Assembly (NCBI RefSeq): GCF_963921235.1
Contig: NC_086108.1
Span: forward strand, 77,750,001-77,814,000
Direction: 5' to 3'
Length of the DNA: 64,000 nucleotides
DNA from: Mobula hypostoma
Taxonomy: Eukaryota
Shown here one piece after another: positions 58,446-64,000 of this stretch. Position 1 is the first letter of the stretch, and every line of letters starts with the position of its first letter. The notes beneath the pieces were generated by a model. The model was not told the origin of the DNA and did not search any database. It worked only from the letters and a program-made list of their open reading frames with translations. Both the position numbers and the translations under genes were made by a program.

Positions 58446-60424
58446 ACAATTTTGAGTTATTTAAGTGAAAGCTTTTGTGAGATATACTGAGAAATCAGTA
58501 ATGCATGAGTAATATTTTGCACGTACTTGTGTGCTCTCTGCTAACATGCCCTTTATATGCCATAACATGCTGAGTGAATCACCAAACATAAAGTTGAGTG
58601 GGACTGGCGTGATCCCAAAGAAATGCCAGATGAAGTTATTTTCAAACATTTTTACCAAATCTTTGGAAGCTACACCAAGCTCTGGTTAAAATGCATGGGG
58701 AAATCTGGGAAATCCAGGCCACTGCACATTGTGTATTTCAAATTGCAGTGCATCTCCTTTGAACCAAATCTTATTTTGTATGTTATAGAATTTAGTTTGA
58801 GAGCAGATGTAGAATCAAACCTGGTATTTTGCTTTAGGTACTGTATTCTGTTCGGATCTGAACAACTTTTCTGTTTGAACATGAATGATACATCACTTGT
58901 AGCATAACAGCAACAACTCCAGTACAGGAAACAAAAATCAATAGGAACATGCCAGACCTGAAGAAGTTGAGTGATCCTTAGTAAAGATATTGTAGTCTTT
59001 GTCATTTCTTGCCAGCTCTTTACAAATGAGAAGAAATTGCAAAGGACAAGAAATAATATCAAGTTCTAATGAGTTATAAATATAAGATTTTTCCCCATTT
59101 TATGCCCAATACATTATTTGCATCAGTTTGCAATAAAAAATAAATGTGCTTGTGCGACATGTCAGTTTGGAATGAAATGGCATCTTTAACATTAAGGAAT
59201 GATCAAGCCACCTTACATAAGCTTAGTTAAAGAACAGACTGCAGCAGAGCCAAATCTTGGGCAAATAGATGTACTGTGCAAATGTGGACTTAAGGAGGTT
59301 CCTAAGGTTGAGGAGTGAGAGGATACACACATTTAGACAGGGTTACAGAAAATGAAGCAGAGATAGATGACAGAGAAACCACCAAAGGCAGAACGAAAAA
59401 GAAGAGTTTGCGTTAGAGAAGCAGACCACGGGTAGAGATTATTTGGGCCACAAAAGGGAAGAAGAATAGAAATTTGAAATGTCAGGGAGGAATTTATTGC
59501 ATTGGAGCACTGAAATATAAGAACACAGGAACCAATGGGAATGATGTACTCTGGGATGGTTGTGAGCTGCAGACCTTTGTGTAAGATGATATTTATAAAA
59601 TTGAGAGAATCGCCTATTGCAAATCTTCTCCAACCTTTTTAGTCTTTGCTGTATCTAGCAAGCATACCAGTCATGTCATGCAGTTGCTATTTATCTAGAT
59701 TCTTAACTCAGAATTTGAGAGAATTCTTTGAAAAATCATTTGAATTGTGTGTGACAGAATTCCCAAATAAACAAGAGATGACTGACTGCATGCATGTACT
59801 GTAGCAATCAGAACACTGAATGAGAAGGTAATAGCCATAGGTGTCATTATCAAGGAAATAAAGGTATTTACTGTAGAACATTTCTATTCTATTCTGCATG
59901 AAGTATTGTTATTTAACAACCTTGTCGTTTCAATGTTCAATCAGCAGTAAGCTTTAAAAAAAAACCAAGAATGATATTTTCTAAAATTAAAAAAACTTTG
60001 CAAATTAACCCCGCAATTTTGCATTGTAGTTGCTGGAACCCTAGTCACACTTTTTAAAAATGTCTACATTGATGCAACTAATGGAACGAATGGAACCTGT
60101 ATTATGTATAGAAAGAAACAGTTTTGAAACTTCAGTATTGCAATATTTCAGTGGAAACATAGAGTATATAGATCCTTTCCGTATAAATAAATCACTTGTG
60201 AATCAGAATCTTGAGATAATCATGGTAATGATTTCCTGTTTAGGTTGATATTGATGTCTTGGTATAGGAGGTGAATTCTGTCCAGGATCAAATTTCCAAT
60301 GAAACACAGAAACAAACACAGTACAGACCTTTTATCCTACTCTATGATTAATTTAATCTTTCCCTCCTGCATAGCCCTTCATCTTTTTATCATCCATGTA
60401 CCTATCTAAGTGTTTCCTAAATGC

Positions 60425-60712
60425 CACTGAGACATCGAGCAACAAATAGGGAGGCAGCTTTTGGAAAGGCACCAAAATAACAGGGTTGTTGTCATGAGTA
60501 ACTTCAACTTGGCACCTCCTTTATGCAAAAGGTTTCAATGGGGTGGAATTTGTTGGGTGTGCCCAGAAGGATTTCTGACACAATATGTAGATCAGCCGGC
60601 TTGAGAAGAGGCCATTCTGGATCTGGTACAAGGCAATGAATCAGGTCAGGTGACAGATCTTTCAGTGGTGAGCACTTCCCAGACAGTGACCATAGCTCCC
60701 TGACCTTTACCA
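60425..60712 (+). mobile_element. CR1 endonuclease fragment
   Basis: Degenerate VVMSNFN, FLTQYVD, AILDLV, DSDHS motifs. Confidence 0.7.
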
Positions 60713-61369
60713 AAGAGTACTTGGAGTTCATGGGCTTTGCATCAATAAAACTAGTCTATCTTTGCTTTTTGGAGTATGCCTGCATTTTACTTTTGAACCA
60801 GTTTATTTATTTTTTGATTTGCTACTGTGCATGAGAAACATCGCTGTACAATTTTGTTCCGGATGATAGTCAGGTAGCTATTGGCTTCCTGAACTCATCC
60901 ATTGATATATAGGAACTACTTGACAGATGCTGAGCTGTTCTTTTCGAGCCCGATGTAGAGTTACCTCTTTGAAATAAATTGCCCCTTCAGGTGCTATTAC
61001 TGGTTGTCTCTGAACTGCAAGTTATTTTTAGGCTTCCACTAAAAGCATTCAAAAAGCTTAAAACTCAGCAGTGATTGGCAGAGTCTGAATAGCATACATC
61101 TGGCAAACAATCCACACATCTGCTGTGTAAATCTCATATTGGGTTGCAATCTTGTGTGGATCCCCCCCGCCCCCCCACCACCAGAATATTGCGGTGTTGC
61201 GGATTGGACATAAACATGTACATTTTTACATATTGGCTGCTAGATTTTTAGATATTAGAGGATTAAAAAGTTGAGGCTAGAGCAGGGAAATTGCACTAAT
61301 GTGAAAGATGAACCATGATCTTACTGAATAGTGGGGGTGGTACAAGGTATTGAATGATATACTTTTGCC

Positions 61370-61957
61370 TAGCTCCTCGGGAGGGCTTCTTGCCACTGCA
61401 CGAGACTGGCAGCTCCAAGTCGATCTAGGGAGGCAGCTCAAGTTCCCAGAGAACGTCACAGCCATTCTGCTCCACCGGGACATGGTGCTAATATTGGAGT
61501 CTACAAAGCAAGTGGTCCTGCTGGAACTTACTGTCCCCTGGGAAGACTGGATTGAAGAGGCCAACGAGCGCAAGAGGGCTAAATACACGGCTCTTGTTGC
61601 AGAATGTCGGAGCAATGTCTGGAGAGCTCACTATCAGCCAGTCGAAGTTGGGTGCTGGGGCTTTGCTGGTCATTCATTACAGCGGACTCTAAATCTCCTT
61701 GGAGCTAAAGGACTGCAGTGCAGAAGAGCCACCAAGACACCAAGAACATTCTGGAGGCTGCTGAAAAGGCCTTGCAGTGGCTGTGGATCCGGAGGGGGGA
61801 TCTGTGGATTAGTGTGCCACTTGGACACGTCGGGGGCTGACCACCCCCGGCTGGGTCGACCGGGCGAGGGTGTCTGACGATTAAAGACTCGAAACACCCT
61901 TTGACCCCGGGTTCATCACTGAAGACGTGTCCAAGTAGCACCAGAAGGTGGATTCTA
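61370..61957 (+). mobile_element. Hero-like RLE-type non-LTR retrotransposon 3' end
   Basis: DWQLQVDL..FP..DMVL..KQVVLLELTVPWED.IEEANERKRAKY..PVEVGCWGF (restriction-like endonuclease); structured 3' UTR. Confidence 0.85.
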
Positions 61958-62094
61958 CAACTGCTTATAGTACTTATATTTCTGCATCCTTATGAATGTT
62001 CCCAATGGCCTAACCATTGTAGAATTTGACATAAAGCACAAAGTCTTCACTGCAGATAACGTGTGCAATTTTTTTCTGAATAAAGGTAAGCAAG

Positions 62095-62420
62095 CAAGCA
62101 TGTTTATTGAATTAGCACTTTTCAAACTCAAGGCAATTCAAAGAGCTCTACGTAGAACCAGATATAAAAATCAAACATCAAATTTCAGACAACATCTAAG
62201 AGAAGAAAATCACACAAAAATAGATATGATAACTAGAAGTTACTGTGCAAGAGATTCTAATTAAGAACTACAGCGTAAAGAAAAGTTTTAAGCCTCAATT
62301 TCAAAGAGCACAAAGTTGGGGCAGACTTTAGATCCTCTGGAAGGTTATTAGGTTATTCCAGATATGTGAAGCATAGTAACTAAAAGCTGCCTCACCATGT
62401 TTAGTTTCAATCCTGGAGTC
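62095..62420 (-). mobile_element. L2 3' end fragment
   Basis: 'tttattgaattagcacttttca..aattcaaag' and 'ttccagatatgtgaagcatag..aaaagctgcctcacc', paralleling 35660-35910. Confidence 0.65.
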
Positions 62421-63925
62421 AAATTTTTAAAAAAACATAGATTCTTAGTTAAATTGAATTAAGTTATACATTCTTTATGAGCAGAGTAGCCTGGTAAAAG
62501 GGAGGGTGTTGGGTTGGAAAGATAGTGTTGGATTGGTAAATAGAGAGAGGATTGAACAGGAGAGTTAATGCGTTAGAAGGCAGGGGAGAAATCAAACTGG
62601 TGAAAGGGTTGGAGGGTGACTGGGACAGGAAAGGAGAGAAGGTGGCAACATGAGTGGTCATGTGGTAAAAGATGTCAGGGTGGGGTGGGCAGCGTGGGTA
62701 GGCAAAATCAACACTTGTGAGAGAAAGGGGACAAGGAGTGAATGCAGCTTGGGGTAGGTGTGAGAAATGGCAGGAGGTTTACATTATGAGTAGGAGGATC
62801 TGGCCCACAGGCAAAACTTGTTATTTATCTGCTGGATCCAGTTGCTCTGCACACTTGAGCTGCCAGGTTTCAAATTCCTGGAGAACCCTGCTGCTGATTG
62901 ATAAATTTAAATTTGACTCTCTCAATTAGAATAGGGGAAGTTAACTTTTCTACTCATTTGCAGGATGTGAGTGTTGAAGATAAGGTGCCTCTCCCTAATT
63001 TCCCTTCAAATTATGGCAGTGAGCCAACTCTTGAACTGCTGCAGTCTTTATGGGGTGAACTTACGATCACAGTGCAGTTACACAGGGAGTTGCAGGATTT
63101 TGACGGAGCAGATATGAAAAAAAAATGGCAATCTATTTCCCAGAGAGAAAGGCGTGTGACATAAAGAAGAATTTTCAGGAGTAGGATACTCATTCACATA
63201 TTACTCTTGCTCTTCTAGGAGGCAATTATTATTGAGGGTATCTTGCTGATTTAATACAGGGTTTCTTATAGATTGTGTATACCATTGCCACAATACATAA
63301 ATAGTGGAGGAAGCTAATGTTTAATGTGGTAGGTGTGTTGCTTTGTCCTGAGCCAAGGATAGAATTTAGAGCTAATTCTGGAGCACAATCACAAACTTAA
63401 ATATTATGATGAGATATCCTGCCTCTCAAAAGTGGAAAATTCTCAAGGCCACAACACACTACTATTAAAATTATAATTAATGATCATAAAATGATTTCAG
63501 GATTGGCTCCCCTTCTTTATTTTTAGCCCTTTATCCACTTGTTACATTTAGTTTATTTCAATGAGCATAGCTGGCATGTTAGTATCATTTTATCAATCTA
63601 CACTTTATTTTTGAGGTCATGTTCTTTCATTTGAGACGTGACTGTTGGCAATGGTTTCTTATTCTAGATGTTAGTATATTGAGAATGGTTCTAGATTCCA
63701 ATCCATCTAGCTCTCACTCTCACATGAACTTTGGGTTTTGTTCTCTGACTTTCTCCTGCATCCTTTTCTTTTTGTCATCATTCCTTCAAATTTCTCTGTG
63801 TGCCTGATTTGGAGGGAGGGGGTAAGGTGGGCAGGCCTCAGGACTTTGCTTCCTCTCATTTGAAGGGAAGCACATGCACTTAACAATCTTGGGCATATGT
63901 CTACATCCTTCTAAGAGAACCACTA

Positions 63926-64000
63926 CCTTGTCTTGGTTTGGAGGCTTGCGTGCCTCAGTGACTTCGACAGCTATGCTGGCTGGAGTCAGGGCATTGTACT
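63926..64000 (+). mobile_element. Start of a repeat of the 2630-3000 family (runs off the window)
   Basis: 'tggaggcttgcgtgcctcagtgac..ggagtcagggc' matches 2638-2678. Confidence 0.55.

Noticed and set aside
58623..59062. Overlapping 94-aa and 130-aa ORFs in unique AT-rich DNA
   Set aside because: No recognisable domain or convincing splice sites; not supportable without a search.
61868..61899. Hammerhead ribozyme in the Hero-like 3' UTR (CTGACGA...GAAAC)
   Set aside because: The putative cleavage C is also the first C of the core, so stem I is absent, and stem II does not pair. Kept only as a structured UTR.

Overview
Eukaryotic, TE-dense genomic DNA. The repeat inventory (CR1/HER1-type LINEs, HE1/V-SINE-like SINEs, Penelope-like elements, Rex1, L2, RTE, L1, Tc1) points to a cartilaginous fish, probably a ray; this is inference. 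I cannot support any host protein-coding gene, rRNA, true tRNA or CRISPR array, and every recognisable ORF is transposon-derived. Main contents: young CR1 copies (3715-4842 +, 43474-46026 -), older CR1s, two Penelope-like RT/GIY-YIG elements with TSDs (27658-30612, 53425-56073), a Passport-like Tc1 (25009-26607), three solo LTRs, an R4/Dong element, a Hero-like fragment, an L2, and deep nests. Most notable: (1) an ORF1-only 'half-L1' with intact ends, poly(A) and a 15-bp TSD but essentially no ORF2; (2) an RTE fragment flanked by a ~222-bp direct duplication; (3) minimal hammerhead-ribozyme motifs in Penelope pseudo-LTRs, with a recurring inverted architecture and one-sided tail; (4) a fold-back palindrome built on a LINE 3' tail and split by a young CR1; (5) an R4/Dong element inserted in the TAA-type tail of an L2. 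Family names come from recognising motifs by eye, and boundaries without a TSD are approximate.
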